62,011 bases of DNA from an uncultured Alphaproteobacteria bacterium (GTDB taxonomy: Bacteria > Pseudomonadota > Alphaproteobacteria > MPNO01 > UBA830): the NCBI GenBank assembly GCA_913047365.1, contig CAJWUK010000002.1:1-62011 (forward strand), given 5' to 3'. The position numbers and the translations under genes are program-made. The notes beneath the pieces are model-generated. The model searched no databases. It saw only the letters and a list, made by a program, of their open reading frames with translations, and was not told the DNA's origin. Positions 44,699 to 54,142 of the stretch are shown one piece after another; positions within the stretch are counted from its first letter, which is position 1, and each line of letters begins with the position of its first letter.

Positions 44699-44774
44699 TG
44701 GCTCCTCGGGAGGGACTCGAACCCCCGACCCAGCGGTTAACAGCCGCTTGCTCTACCAACTGAGCTACCGAGGA
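44699..44774 (-). tRNA. tRNA-Asn (anticodon GTT), CCA encoded
   Basis: The reverse complement, TCCTCGGTAGCTCAGTTGGTAGAGCAAGCGGCTGTTAACCGCTGGGTCGGGGGTTCGAGTCCCTCCCGAGGAGCCA, folds as a cloverleaf. Anticodon loop CTGTTAA, T-loop GGTTCGAGTCC. 76 nt. Confidence 0.95.
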
Positions 44775-45015
44775 TCAGTGAGCGCAGGGCATATAACACC
44801 GGATGAAACCGGTTTCCAGTCCCATTGTTAAAAATATCCGCGATAGAATTTGGATTTTCGTAAATATGCCTGGCCGAAGGTTCGCTATACTATCCCCGTA
44901 TGGGCTCCGGCCTGTTCCACGAGGTCGTAAACATCGTTTTTTGAGACCTTATGAACCCCGGTTTTGGCCCGCTACCTGCGGTAGGACTTCCTATAAGTTC
45001 GGAAATGATCGGTCT

Positions 45016-45864
45016 TTAAGCAGCTACGGGGGAGCTCTTTCCGTCAAGCTGGACCCTGTAACCTGATCGAATATTGGGTAAGTAATCAGAAATTGCCATG
45101 TGTTGAGTGCATCTATTATCCCAGAAGGCGATGGAATGGGGTCGCCACCTAAATCTGAAAGTCCATTCCGGTCGAGTACAATGTCTAAATAAAAATTCTA
45201 AAATGGCCTTACTTTCTTGCTCAGAAAGTTCATTGATTTTCATTGTAAATACTTCGTTTACGTATATTAATTTTTTCCCGCTTTCCGGGTGTTTTACTAC
45301 TATCGGGTGGTCGGCGTTTGGGGTTCCCTCACCGAAGGTTGGAACGCCGTCATGGTGGGCAGTGAGACCTTCTAAATAAGTCTTCATTCTGCTTGAAAGT
45401 GCGTCGTAAGCGGCATACATGCTGGAGAATAGTGTGTCACCACCCCCATTAGGTGGAAGTGTGTGGTTGTATAAAATGCTCCCGAGGGGCGGTACCGCAG
45501 CGCAGGACTGATCGGTATGAAAAACGTCGCCTGATACCCGGGGGGTATTTTCGTCGTAGTGAAATTTTCTTACGCGGGGATCATCTGTTGTGCTGCTTAT
45601 CGTGGATTTTCCTACGTGTGCACCGAGTACTCCGAAATATTCCGCTAAACGTACATGGTCCTCGAAACTGATTTTTTGATCTCTAAAGAAGATTACCTGA
45701 TATTTTATGAATGCCTCTCTCAACTCTTCAGTAGAGCGATTGCTGAGGGGGCGCGTCAGGTCAATTGATCCAATTTCAGCTCCGATATTTGGAGAACATG
45801 GAATTACTGAGATTGCAGAAAATTCAGTGTCTTGACCTGATAGGTCCGAACCAATGATTGTCAT
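45016..45864 (-). CDS. TauD/TfdA family Fe(II)/2-oxoglutarate dioxygenase (second copy, strongly AT-rich)
   Basis: FHTDQS (H-x-D), GGDT, W.PHS.AFWDNR..QH blocks. 282 aa. Some 60-nt stretches are below 30 % GC. Confidence 0.9.
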   Translation of the reverse strand: MTIIGSDLSGQDTEFSAISVIPCSPNIGAEIGSIDLTRPLSNRSTEELREAFIKYQVIFFRDQKISFEDHVRLAEYFGVLGAHVGKSTISSTTDDPRVRKFHYDENTPRVSGDVFHTDQSCAAVPPLGSILYNHTLPPNGGGDTLFSSMYAAYDALSSRMKTYLEGLTAHHDGVPTFGEGTPNADHPIVVKHPESGKKLIYVNEVFTMKINELSEQESKAILEFLFRHCTRPEWTFRFRWRPHSIAFWDNRCTQHMAISDYLPNIRSGYRVQLDGKSSPVAA

Positions 45865-46136
45865 TGCCGGCGTTCCTAAAATTCTAGAGCAGATAAGGTA
45901 ATAAATTAATCTTATTCTAAATACATATTAACTCAAAATAAGTATCAGATATCATTAGGGGCGAGCTTAGGGTCGGAAAACATAGAAAGATTATTGTTTT
46001 ACCGCGATTTAGATCCTCTGGCTGTACTGTGGCATTGTTGTCCGGTTTTACAGTTCCAAAGAAATTGCGAATATTTGTATGCAACCGTATGTTTTTTGGA
46101 TGTTTCTGAACTCGTTTGTGGGAGAGCGAAGTGGTT

Positions 46137-47114
46137 ATGGAAAGCTCAGAGGATAGGGTTGAGGCGCTGCGTAAAGCCAACAATCTTGAAGACCTATATG
46201 CCGCTCTTACACCGCTCGACATGACACCCGGCTGGATAGAGAGAAAACAGCCGATCTTGTGGGAGCAGCCAGATACTCCGTTTGAGGTCATGCACTGGCG
46301 TTATGAAGAATGTAAGGCAGCACTTGATGCTGCGGGTCGCCTGATTAATACCGATTTGGCAGAACGCCGGAATTTGATTCTGCGTAATCCTGTTGAGGGA
46401 AACAATATCGCTACCACCAAGACCTTAATAAATGCCTACCAAATGATCCTTCCTGGGGAGGAGGCCAGAACCCACCGGCATGCCCCACATGCATTGCGCG
46501 TGATTATCGAGAGCGAGGACTCGTTCTCCGTCGTAAACGGTGAAAAGCACCCGATGGAGACGGGAGATATTGTTTTGACGCCCGGATGGTGCTGGCACGG
46601 GCACGGGCATGATGGCGACAGATCCGCGTATTGGCTGGATGGGCTGGACGTTCCCCTTACGCATCTTTTGGAACCTATGTTTTTCGAAGAACATCCGGAG
46701 GGTTTTGCGCCGGTGGAACGGGTAACCCCGGATTCACCCTACCGGTTCACCTGGGAGTCAATTCAAAAGCGAACGGAGCAGGCTGATGCTGACCCGGAGG
46801 GGCATTTCGGCCGGCGGGTTCGCCTGGAAGCGGACGAAATGCCGACAATCGGTATCTATGTCGAAAGGCTCGAAGCGGGGCAGACAACAAGAAAGTTCCG
46901 CCATTCCGCCAATGTGGTCTACAGCCCGATGATGGGTAGCGGTACCAGCACTATCGACGACAATGAGATATCCTGGAGCAGGGGAGACACCTTCACAGCC
47001 CCCACCTGGAATTGGATTGAACACCGTGCGCAAGAAGACACGATTATGTTCGCCATGACCGACGAATTCCTGATGCGGTTCGCCAACTACTACCGGTTTG
47101 AGGCGGCCGCCTGA
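46137..47114 (+). CDS. gentisate 1,2-dioxygenase-like bicupin
   Basis: GDO hallmarks THRHAPHALRVIIES, GDIVLTPGWCWHGHGH, YWLDGLDVPL. ATG 46137 (track start 46116 is also possible). Confidence 0.85.
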   Translation: MESSEDRVEALRKANNLEDLYAALTPLDMTPGWIERKQPILWEQPDTPFEVMHWRYEECKAALDAAGRLINTDLAERRNLILRNPVEGNNIATTKTLINAYQMILPGEEARTHRHAPHALRVIIESEDSFSVVNGEKHPMETGDIVLTPGWCWHGHGHDGDRSAYWLDGLDVPLTHLLEPMFFEEHPEGFAPVERVTPDSPYRFTWESIQKRTEQADADPEGHFGRRVRLEADEMPTIGIYVERLEAGQTTRKFRHSANVVYSPMMGSGTSTIDDNEISWSRGDTFTAPTWNWIEHRAQEDTIMFAMTDEFLMRFANYYRFEAAA

Positions 47115-47135
47115 TTTAGCGGACTTCAATGGTCA

Positions 47136-47969
47136 TTATTTCGGGAGGTCGCGGGTTTCTATGTGGATCGACCGCTGCGGGTATGGAATCGTAATTCCCG
47201 CTTCGTCGCAGGCCTCTTTTAGGTTCTTGTTCAGATTGAAGAAAACCGTCCAGTAATCGGCCGTTTTAACCCAGACAAGAACGTAAATATTGACTGAACT
47301 GTCGGCCATTTCACCGACGACGTATTGCGGTTCGGGATCGGAAATCACCAGTTCTTCGTTTGCGACGACCTCTTTCGCGGTGTCGATCGCTAAATCGATA
47401 CTATCGCCATAGTCGATTCCAAGTGTGATTTTCACCCGCCGCGTCGGATTGCGGCTGTAATTTGTCAGCGCGCCACCCCATAACTGGCTGTTCGGGGCTA
47501 CGATGAAGACGCCATCTGGTGTTTTCAATTCGGTCGTGAAAAGCCCCAGGCTCACAACCGTGCCGCCCAACCCACCGCATTCGATAAAATCGTCTATTCC
47601 GAACGGCCGAAAAATCATCAGCATGACGCCCGCGGCAACGTTAGACAAAGTGCCCTGTAGAGCCAGACCAATGGCGAGACCGGCGGCGCCAAGAACGGCC
47701 AGAAAACTGGTCGTCTGCACGCCGAACTGCTGCAAAACCGCAAGTACGGTGAAAATGACGATGGTGTAGCGAACGATGCTCCCAAAAAACTTTTGAAGCG
47801 TCATATCGATGCGCTTCGAGTTGGAAAGCGCCCGTTCGGTTACATTTTGCGCCCATCCAGCCGCAATCCATCCGACGATCAGGATCGCGATCGCACCGAC
47901 CACATCGATACCGAATGTCGTGATGATCGTGATCACCTGATCCATTATTTCACTTGTATTTTTGTCCAT
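47136..47969 (-). CDS. small-conductance mechanosensitive channel (MscS family)
   Basis: 3 TM helices, pore-helix block GAAGLAIGLALQGTLSNVAAGVMLMIFRPF, and the beta domain. Confidence 0.9.
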   Translation of the reverse strand: MDKNTSEIMDQVITIITTFGIDVVGAIAILIVGWIAAGWAQNVTERALSNSKRIDMTLQKFFGSIVRYTIVIFTVLAVLQQFGVQTTSFLAVLGAAGLAIGLALQGTLSNVAAGVMLMIFRPFGIDDFIECGGLGGTVVSLGLFTTELKTPDGVFIVAPNSQLWGGALTNYSRNPTRRVKITLGIDYGDSIDLAIDTAKEVVANEELVISDPEPQYVVGEMADSSVNIYVLVWVKTADYWTVFFNLNKNLKEACDEAGITIPYPQRSIHIETRDLPK

Positions 47970-48055
47970 CGAGGTACTTGTACCCTGCTAAATTTCTAGC
48001 GAACGGTTCGTGCGTAAACCTTATTTAAAATTGATTAATCATAAGGTTGGAGGAA

Positions 48056-49252
48056 TTATTTCACGTGTTTGTAGAAGGAAACGTAAGATAAAAGCGCCGC
48101 TATACTGAGAATTAGCATCAGCAACCCGAATGGGACAGCGGTGCCGTCGTGAAGTATGCCGATGGCAAAGGCGGCGATGGCACCCGCTGTGGTCTGATAA
48201 AAGCCAATTGCGGAAGACGCCGCGCCCGCCGTTCGCGGAAAGGGAGCGACAGCAGCGGCCATTGACTGAGGATAATGGAGACCATGTCCGAACATCCAGA
48301 CAAAGGCGGGCAGGGCGACGGCGGGCCCGGTCTTGATGCCAAGCCAGCCGAATAGAAAAATCGTGCCTGCGGCGAAAATGGCGATGCTGCTTCCGGAAAT
48401 TATCAGTTTATGCGGGCCCAACCGTGTACCAAACCGGCCTGCGAACCAGGCTCCGATCATGAAGCCACCGGATCCGAAAGCGAAATAGATACCGCCCATA
48501 TCCGGGCTGATGCCGTAGCCGTCCACGAGCACCAGCATGCTGCCGGCCAGCCACACGAACATAGCCGCATACATCAGCAGGTTTGAAACGCAGTTCAGCG
48601 CGAAAACCGGGTGCGGCGTAACTTCTAGGTAGGTTTTGAACGTCGAAGATAGACGGAGAGTTGTCGGCGCGTCTTCCGGACGGGATTCCTTTAAAATAAC
48701 AAACACAGCGGCAAGAGTGACAACGGCATAGACGCCACAAAAATAGAATGACGCTTCCCAGCCGTACCAGGCGACTAGGAATCCGCCGATAGCCGGGGCG
48801 GCGATTGCCATGATGCCAAAGGCCGACATCACATAACTCATCACGCGGCGAGAGCCTTCCACCCCATAGAGATCACGGATCACGGCCCGCGCCAGGGCGG
48901 GGGCGGCGGATATAGATGCACCTTGCAGCAAGCGGCCAAGGAGTAGGGTTTCGAATGTCGGGGCAAATGCGCAGAAAATCGTGGCGACCGCATAAAGAGC
49001 CATTGAGACCAGCAAAACGGGCCGTCGCCCAAACCTGTCGCCAATCGGCCCGTAGACGAGTTGCATGAAACCGAATGCGAAGACGTAGACGCTGAATACA
49101 AGATTGGCTTCGCTGGTCGTGACACCGAAAAAATCTCTCAACGCAGGAACACCGGGGGCAACGGAGTCGGTGCTGAAGGGGTTCGCGGCGACCAGAAGCG
49201 TGAGGACAGCCCCGACGGCAATTGCGCCGGGAAGGGAAGTATCTTGTTTCAT
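48056..49252 (-). CDS. MFS transporter (Bcr/CflA drug-resistance subfamily-like)
   Basis: 12 TM helices. MFS motif A GPIGDRFGRRPVLL. 398 aa. Confidence 0.88.
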   Translation of the reverse strand: MKQDTSLPGAIAVGAVLTLLVAANPFSTDSVAPGVPALRDFFGVTTSEANLVFSVYVFAFGFMQLVYGPIGDRFGRRPVLLVSMALYAVATIFCAFAPTFETLLLGRLLQGASISAAPALARAVIRDLYGVEGSRRVMSYVMSAFGIMAIAAPAIGGFLVAWYGWEASFYFCGVYAVVTLAAVFVILKESRPEDAPTTLRLSSTFKTYLEVTPHPVFALNCVSNLLMYAAMFVWLAGSMLVLVDGYGISPDMGGIYFAFGSGGFMIGAWFAGRFGTRLGPHKLIISGSSIAIFAAGTIFLFGWLGIKTGPAVALPAFVWMFGHGLHYPQSMAAAVAPFPRTAGAASSAIGFYQTTAGAIAAFAIGILHDGTAVPFGLLMLILSIAALLSYVSFYKHVK

Positions 49253-49270
49253 GGATTTTCCAAACCGTGC

Positions 49271-50572
49271 TTAGCCGCGTTTGTCGATAAAACGCTGCTG
49301 CTTAACCTGGTTCTGGAATTCCTGTTCCAGCGTTCCCGGTCGAAGCAGGTCGATTTGGGGCGACAATTCGAAGGTTTCCTTAACCGCAGCTGCGAGAGAC
49401 TTGGCGGTTTGGTCCGCATCGGCCGACCCGCGCAGTTCGATTGATATACGGATGGCGTCCAGGGTCTTGGTTTCTTCCACCTCAACCTTGAAATCGCTAA
49501 TTTCAAGGCGACGGTGCATGAAATTTTCGAAATCCGCATGTGTGATGTTGATCCCTCGGACTTTGAAGAAGCCGGATGTCCGCGCCGCATGCCGGATCAT
49601 AGGATAGACGGAGAGGGGTCCTTCAGTTTTTCCATGGTCGACATAGCTTACGTAGTCACCGGTTTCCCACCGAAGAAACGGTGTCATTTCGGTATTCCAG
49701 TAGGGTGTCATGACAAGGATGCCGTTCTCACCCTCTTCGACCGGTTCGCCAGAGTTTTCGTCAACAACTTCAAGGTCAAACATATCGGTCCAGTAATGCA
49801 TGCCGTCGTGGCAGTCGGATTCGCTCGCCATGAAGGATCCTTCGGTACAGCCGAACTGGTCATACAGTTCCGCACCCCAAAGGGCTTCAATCCGTTCCCG
49901 CTTCCCAGCCGATACGGGCTCGGCTGCTGTTAGAAAGGTTTTGACCGAGCTGTCCGCCAGATCAAAACCCATACGCTCGGCGACTTCGGCAAGCTGAAGA
50001 CCGTAACTTGCCATACCGCAGAAGACAGAGGGTTTAAGCGTACGTATCAACTCAATCTGCATTTCCGAAGGAGTGGAGTTGCCGGCACCGCACCAGTTAA
50101 CCCCGATACCCATTTGCTGAGCTGTTCTGCAGTACAAGTGTCCAACCGGGTGAATGCCAAGGGGAAAGGAGACGTGTGCCATTTCCCCAGCCATGATACC
50201 GGCGGCTTCCCAGGACCGTCGAAATCCTTCCCGGGCGAGCCGCAGGTCATTCATCGTTCGCGGATAGAACAATGGCTGGCCTGTCGATCCGCCGGAACGC
50301 CAGAATTCGATAATGTCAGTGGTGGGACGGATACAAAACTCTTCTTGAAAGCGATCCGCCGGGATCTTCCGCAGTTCGTCTTTGGTGAGAAGTGGAATTT
50401 TGGCCCATTCTTCGGGTTCGTGGATGTATTCCAGGTCGATCCCATCCAGTTTTCTCGCAAGAAATTTCGATTGTTTCGCCCTTTCGACGGCACGCCGACG
50501 GCCAATTTTGCGAACCTCTTTTATCGCGTCCCGTGAGGCCGCGGGAAAGGGGATCTCCGGCGTGTCCCACAT
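49271..50572 (-). CDS. phenylacetate-CoA ligase (PaaK) family adenylate-forming enzyme, second copy
   Basis: SGGSTGQP P-loop analogue, YDQFGCTE, GD.V, FKVRGINI blocks. 433 aa. 3 nt after the upstream ACS stop. Confidence 0.88.
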   Translation of the reverse strand: MWDTPEIPFPAASRDAIKEVRKIGRRRAVERAKQSKFLARKLDGIDLEYIHEPEEWAKIPLLTKDELRKIPADRFQEEFCIRPTTDIIEFWRSGGSTGQPLFYPRTMNDLRLAREGFRRSWEAAGIMAGEMAHVSFPLGIHPVGHLYCRTAQQMGIGVNWCGAGNSTPSEMQIELIRTLKPSVFCGMASYGLQLAEVAERMGFDLADSSVKTFLTAAEPVSAGKRERIEALWGAELYDQFGCTEGSFMASESDCHDGMHYWTDMFDLEVVDENSGEPVEEGENGILVMTPYWNTEMTPFLRWETGDYVSYVDHGKTEGPLSVYPMIRHAARTSGFFKVRGINITHADFENFMHRRLEISDFKVEVEETKTLDAIRISIELRGSADADQTAKSLAAAVKETFELSPQIDLLRPGTLEQEFQNQVKQQRFIDKRG

Positions 50573-50575
50573 CCT

Positions 50576-52216
50576 CTAGTCCTCTGTCCGCTCGCCGAGT
50601 TCCTTCGCCCGTTCACGAAGGATGAATTTCTGGATTTTTCCGGTGGATGTTTTTGGTAGCGGTCCGAAGACAACGGTTTTTGGTACTTTGAAGCGCGCCA
50701 TATTCTCTCGGCAAAAGTCGAAAATCTCTTCGTCGTCACTTTCTTCGCCTTCTTTCAGGGTAACGAATGCGCAAGGGCTTTCACCCCATTTTCGATCGGG
50801 GCGGGCGGCTACGGCGGCTTCAAGAACCTTTGGGTGTTTGTAGAGAATGCCTTCGACCTCGATAGACGAAATATTTTCTCCGCCTGAAATAATGATGTCC
50901 TTCGACCGGTCTTTTAGTTCGATGTAGCCGTCTTCATGCCAGACACCCAGATCACCCGAATGAAACCATCCGCCGGCAAAAGCATCCTCGGTGGCCTTGG
51001 GGTTTTTCAAGTAGCCCTTCATGACGTCGTTTCCGCGCATGAATATCTCGCCCATGGTTTCACCATCATGGGGCACGGGTTCCAACGTGTCAGGATCGGC
51101 AACCATCAACCCCTCCAGAACGTGATACCGAACGCCTTGTCTGGCTTTCAATGCCGCGCGGTCGGCCTCGGGTTTGTCATCCCACTCAGAATGCCATGCG
51201 CTGACGACAGACGGTCCATAGGTTTCTGTTAGCCCATACACGTGGGTCACGTTAAATCCTTGGCTTTCCATTGCCTCGATCACGGCCGCCGGCGGGGCTG
51301 CCCCGGCGGTCATGGCTTCTACAGTGTGGCTGAACGGTTTGCGCTGACTGTCGGGCGCGTTGGCAATCATGTTCAAGACGATCGGTGCGCCGCAAAAATG
51401 GGTTACGCCGTATGAGGCGATCGCATCGAATATAGGTTCCGGCTCCACGCGTCGCAGGCAGATATTGGTGCCGGCCAGGGCGGCGATGGTCCATGGGAAG
51501 CACCATCCATTGCAATGAAACAGTGGCAGGGTCCAGAGATACATCGGATGCTGCTGCATGCCCCAGACCATCAGGTTCCCGATAGCGTTAAGAAAGGCGC
51601 CGCGATGATGATAAACAACGCCCTTCGGGTTTCCGGTAGTCCCGGAAGTGTAATTCAGCGAACAAGCAGTCCACTCGTCCTCCGGCCACTGCCAGGCGTA
51701 GTCCGGGTCCCCGCCGTGGATAAACGCCTCGTATTCAATCTCGCCTACAAGTTCGCCCTCTTCATACAACGCGTCGTCGACGTCGATGACAAACGGCTTG
51801 TGTTCAAGCTGGGCGATGGCACCCTTTATCGTTTCCGAGAACTCCCGGTCGGTGAGAATTACTTTCGCTTCACCGTGCTGAAGGATGAATGCGATGGCAT
51901 CTGCATCGAGCCGGACGTTCAGCGTATTCAGAACCCCACCCATCATCGAAACGCCGAAATGGGCTTCCACCATGGCGGGTACGTTGGGCAGCATCGCGGC
52001 AACGGTTTCTCCCCGCTTCAGGCCATGATTTTCAAGCGCACTAGCTAGACGTCGGCAACGGGCATAGGTTTCCGACCAGGTTCGGCGAATGTCGCCGTAA
52101 ATGACCGCCGTTCGATTGGGGTAGGTTGCCGCTGACCGTTCGATAAAACTGAGCGGTGTTAGCGGCTGAAAATTGGCGGGGTTTTTGTCCAGATTAGTTT
52201 CGAAGGGATTGGCCAC
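50576..52216 (-). CDS. AMP-dependent acyl-CoA synthetase (medium-chain/aromatic acid type)
   Basis: YTSGTTGNPKG, YGLTETYG, WFHSGDLG, SKDIIISGGENI, TSTGKIQK. GTG start at 52216. Confidence 0.92.
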   Translation of the reverse strand: MANPFETNLDKNPANFQPLTPLSFIERSAATYPNRTAVIYGDIRRTWSETYARCRRLASALENHGLKRGETVAAMLPNVPAMVEAHFGVSMMGGVLNTLNVRLDADAIAFILQHGEAKVILTDREFSETIKGAIAQLEHKPFVIDVDDALYEEGELVGEIEYEAFIHGGDPDYAWQWPEDEWTACSLNYTSGTTGNPKGVVYHHRGAFLNAIGNLMVWGMQQHPMYLWTLPLFHCNGWCFPWTIAALAGTNICLRRVEPEPIFDAIASYGVTHFCGAPIVLNMIANAPDSQRKPFSHTVEAMTAGAAPPAAVIEAMESQGFNVTHVYGLTETYGPSVVSAWHSEWDDKPEADRAALKARQGVRYHVLEGLMVADPDTLEPVPHDGETMGEIFMRGNDVMKGYLKNPKATEDAFAGGWFHSGDLGVWHEDGYIELKDRSKDIIISGGENISSIEVEGILYKHPKVLEAAVAARPDRKWGESPCAFVTLKEGEESDDEEIFDFCRENMARFKVPKTVVFGPLPKTSTGKIQKFILRERAKELGERTED

Positions 52217-52490
52217 GATAATCGTCCCAGATTGCGTTTCGTAGCGTCGCAGAATACGGAGATCGGCGCGCAGAACAAGAAGTTCAGATGCATGTCGCTG
52301 CTTCGGATGCTGCCGAACTAAACTTGGGCCGAATTAATAAACTGACTGCAACAGGGCTTCAGTAAAGGCTGGGGGATCCAACCATGCATAATTCAACCCT
52401 GCTTCAGTTATTGGTGCGTGAACCTTTTACGTTTATCCAGAATTTGTCGCCGGCTGCCGCCTGCAAATTGGTGCCTGTTCAATCCATCCG

Positions 52491-52622
52491 TTAGAAGATG
52501 AGATCGTATAAAAGGAAGCCAAACAAGAAAACTCCCACGACGAAACAGACGGTTCCGGCGAGCTGGTTTTTCTCCCGCAGGGAGATGAGCCATTTAATGT
52601 CCCTGGCAAATCGTATGTTCAT
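52491..52622 (-). CDS. possible 43-aa membrane peptide
   Basis: The ATG lies 10 nt after the LLM oxidoreductase stop. MNIRFARDIKWLISLREKNQLAGTVCFVVGVFLFGFLLYDLIF has one clear TM helix and C-ending codon bias. No SD, and below the ORF-track cutoff. Confidence 0.3.
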   Translation of the reverse strand: MNIRFARDIKWLISLREKNQLAGTVCFVVGVFLFGFLLYDLIF

Positions 52623-52632
52623 TTTTTGTGTG

Positions 52633-53706
52633 TCATTTCGTTAGAATTTCGTCACGAAGCAGGGAAATCGCTTCCGCGTAATCCGGTCCAAGCTTTGCAA
52701 AGCAGACCTGATCGAAATCCAGTGTTTGGGCCGTATCCATCAGTTGTTTGATCTGGTGCTGACATTCTTCAGGGCTTCCTGCCACGAAACAGCTTTTGAC
52801 CGCTTCGTCAGGTACCAGTTTCGATGCTTCCGGCACCGTTGCGCCGTTAGAGAAGGCTTCTTCCAATGTGTCTACAAGCGACGGTTCGACGCCGGCGACA
52901 AATAGCTCTTCATCGGAGAAACCCATATCACGGAGCGTCGGCAGAATGTGGCTGACATAGGGTTTGGCAAATTCCAGTGCCCGTTCCCGATCATGTGAGA
53001 TGGAAACATTCAGTTCGCAGGTGTCGTACATGGACTTGGCCGGCTGCGACTCGGAGGCGACGGCTCGCGAGGGCCCCAATATTCCTTCCAAGCGTCCGGA
53101 TTTTGCCAAGGGTATGTAATATCCACCGATCAGTATCCCATCCATAATTTCGCCAGCAATTTTCAGATTTTTGGGACCGCCGCCGCCCGAATAAAATCGT
53201 ACTGGCGCACCGGGCGAAAAATTCAGTTTGAATTCGCGTTCCGGGTTCAGATGAAAATATTTGGCTAGATGGGGGTAGTCCCTGAAATATGTGCTGTCGC
53301 CCGCAAGCAAGGTATTTACCGAGGACACGGTTTCCCGAATTATCGTCAGAGGTTTTTCCGCCTCGACCTGTTTGCCGGCTATCATGCTTGCGCCGCGTGC
53401 GATGCCTACACTGAATTCGCGACCGTCGGTTAGTTCGGTAATCGCGGCAATTGTATCCGCCAAGTCCACCGGATTTCGGAAGTAGGGAACCATAATGGCC
53501 GTACCCAGACGGATTGGCACAGAGGACGCCATCGCGGCAAGAACGACGAACAAATTGCGGTAGGTAAGGTTGTCATTTACCCAGACCTGGTCAAAACCTT
53601 TCGCTTCAGAAAGTGCGGCAAGTTTTACAAGTTCAGGGACCGAATAGTGGTTCGCTATGTGAATTGTAAATTGCAGTCCCAAATCGCCTTTGAACTTTGT
53701 TTTCAT
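52633..53706 (-). CDS. LLM-class (luciferase-like) flavin/F420-dependent oxidoreductase
   Basis: 357 aa TIM-barrel family pattern (GFDQVWVNDN, G.A.MVPYFR.P). Size is typical. Confidence 0.8.
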   Translation of the reverse strand: MKTKFKGDLGLQFTIHIANHYSVPELVKLAALSEAKGFDQVWVNDNLTYRNLFVVLAAMASSVPIRLGTAIMVPYFRNPVDLADTIAAITELTDGREFSVGIARGASMIAGKQVEAEKPLTIIRETVSSVNTLLAGDSTYFRDYPHLAKYFHLNPEREFKLNFSPGAPVRFYSGGGGPKNLKIAGEIMDGILIGGYYIPLAKSGRLEGILGPSRAVASESQPAKSMYDTCELNVSISHDRERALEFAKPYVSHILPTLRDMGFSDEELFVAGVEPSLVDTLEEAFSNGATVPEASKLVPDEAVKSCFVAGSPEECQHQIKQLMDTAQTLDFDQVCFAKLGPDYAEAISLLRDEILTK

Positions 53707-53865
53707 TTTTCGGCCTGCCGGATTTCTGGATATAATCGAGGCGTCCGAGGCCCCTTAGATTTACGTTCAACGAAAAATGTGCCATCCACGCGACGGAGGC
53801 TCAAGCCAACAAATTCAAAATTCGTCAATGGGATTTCTGGATAAATGCGTTTTTGATTGAAATAT

Positions 53866-53939
53866 TGGAGGCCCGGACCAGATTCGAACTGGTGTACACG
53901 GATTTGCAATCCGCTGGATAGCCTCTCTCCCACCGGGCC
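53866..53939 (-). tRNA. tRNA-Cys (anticodon GCA), CCA encoded
   Basis: The reverse complement is GGCCCGGTGGGAGAGAGGCTATCCAGCGGATTGCAAATCCGTGTACACCAGTTCGAATCTGGTCCGGGCCTCCA. Anticodon arm GCGGA-TTGCAAA-TCCGT, T-loop GTTCGAATC. 74 nt. Confidence 0.95.
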
Positions 53940-54142
53940 TAGTAACGACACTATCGCGAGGCCGGCTATATAGGCTTGGGGGCAGGGTCGGTCAATATTT
54001 GCCGCAATGACGAGTATGATATTGTCGGACATTGCGCTTTGATTTAGTTAACGTGATGTTAACCATGCCCGATCAACCTGCCGATCGCGGCTACGAACCT
54101 CGGATTACGGGGAATATTAATTTTAATCGGACAATCGTCAAC

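Larger units (their letters stand above)
40304..44743. mobile_element. 4.4-kb degenerate integrative islet in tRNA-Asn
   Basis: Bounded by the 43-bp tRNA-derived direct repeats. Contains an integrase remnant next to one repeat, phased TGCTAAC repeats in both arms, and three cargo genes. Confidence 0.8.

Noticed and set aside
53703-54032. 109-aa minus-strand ORF
   Set aside because: It overlaps the tRNA-Cys gene (53866-53939) on the same strand and spans the LLM/pcm intergenic region. No motif or RBS.
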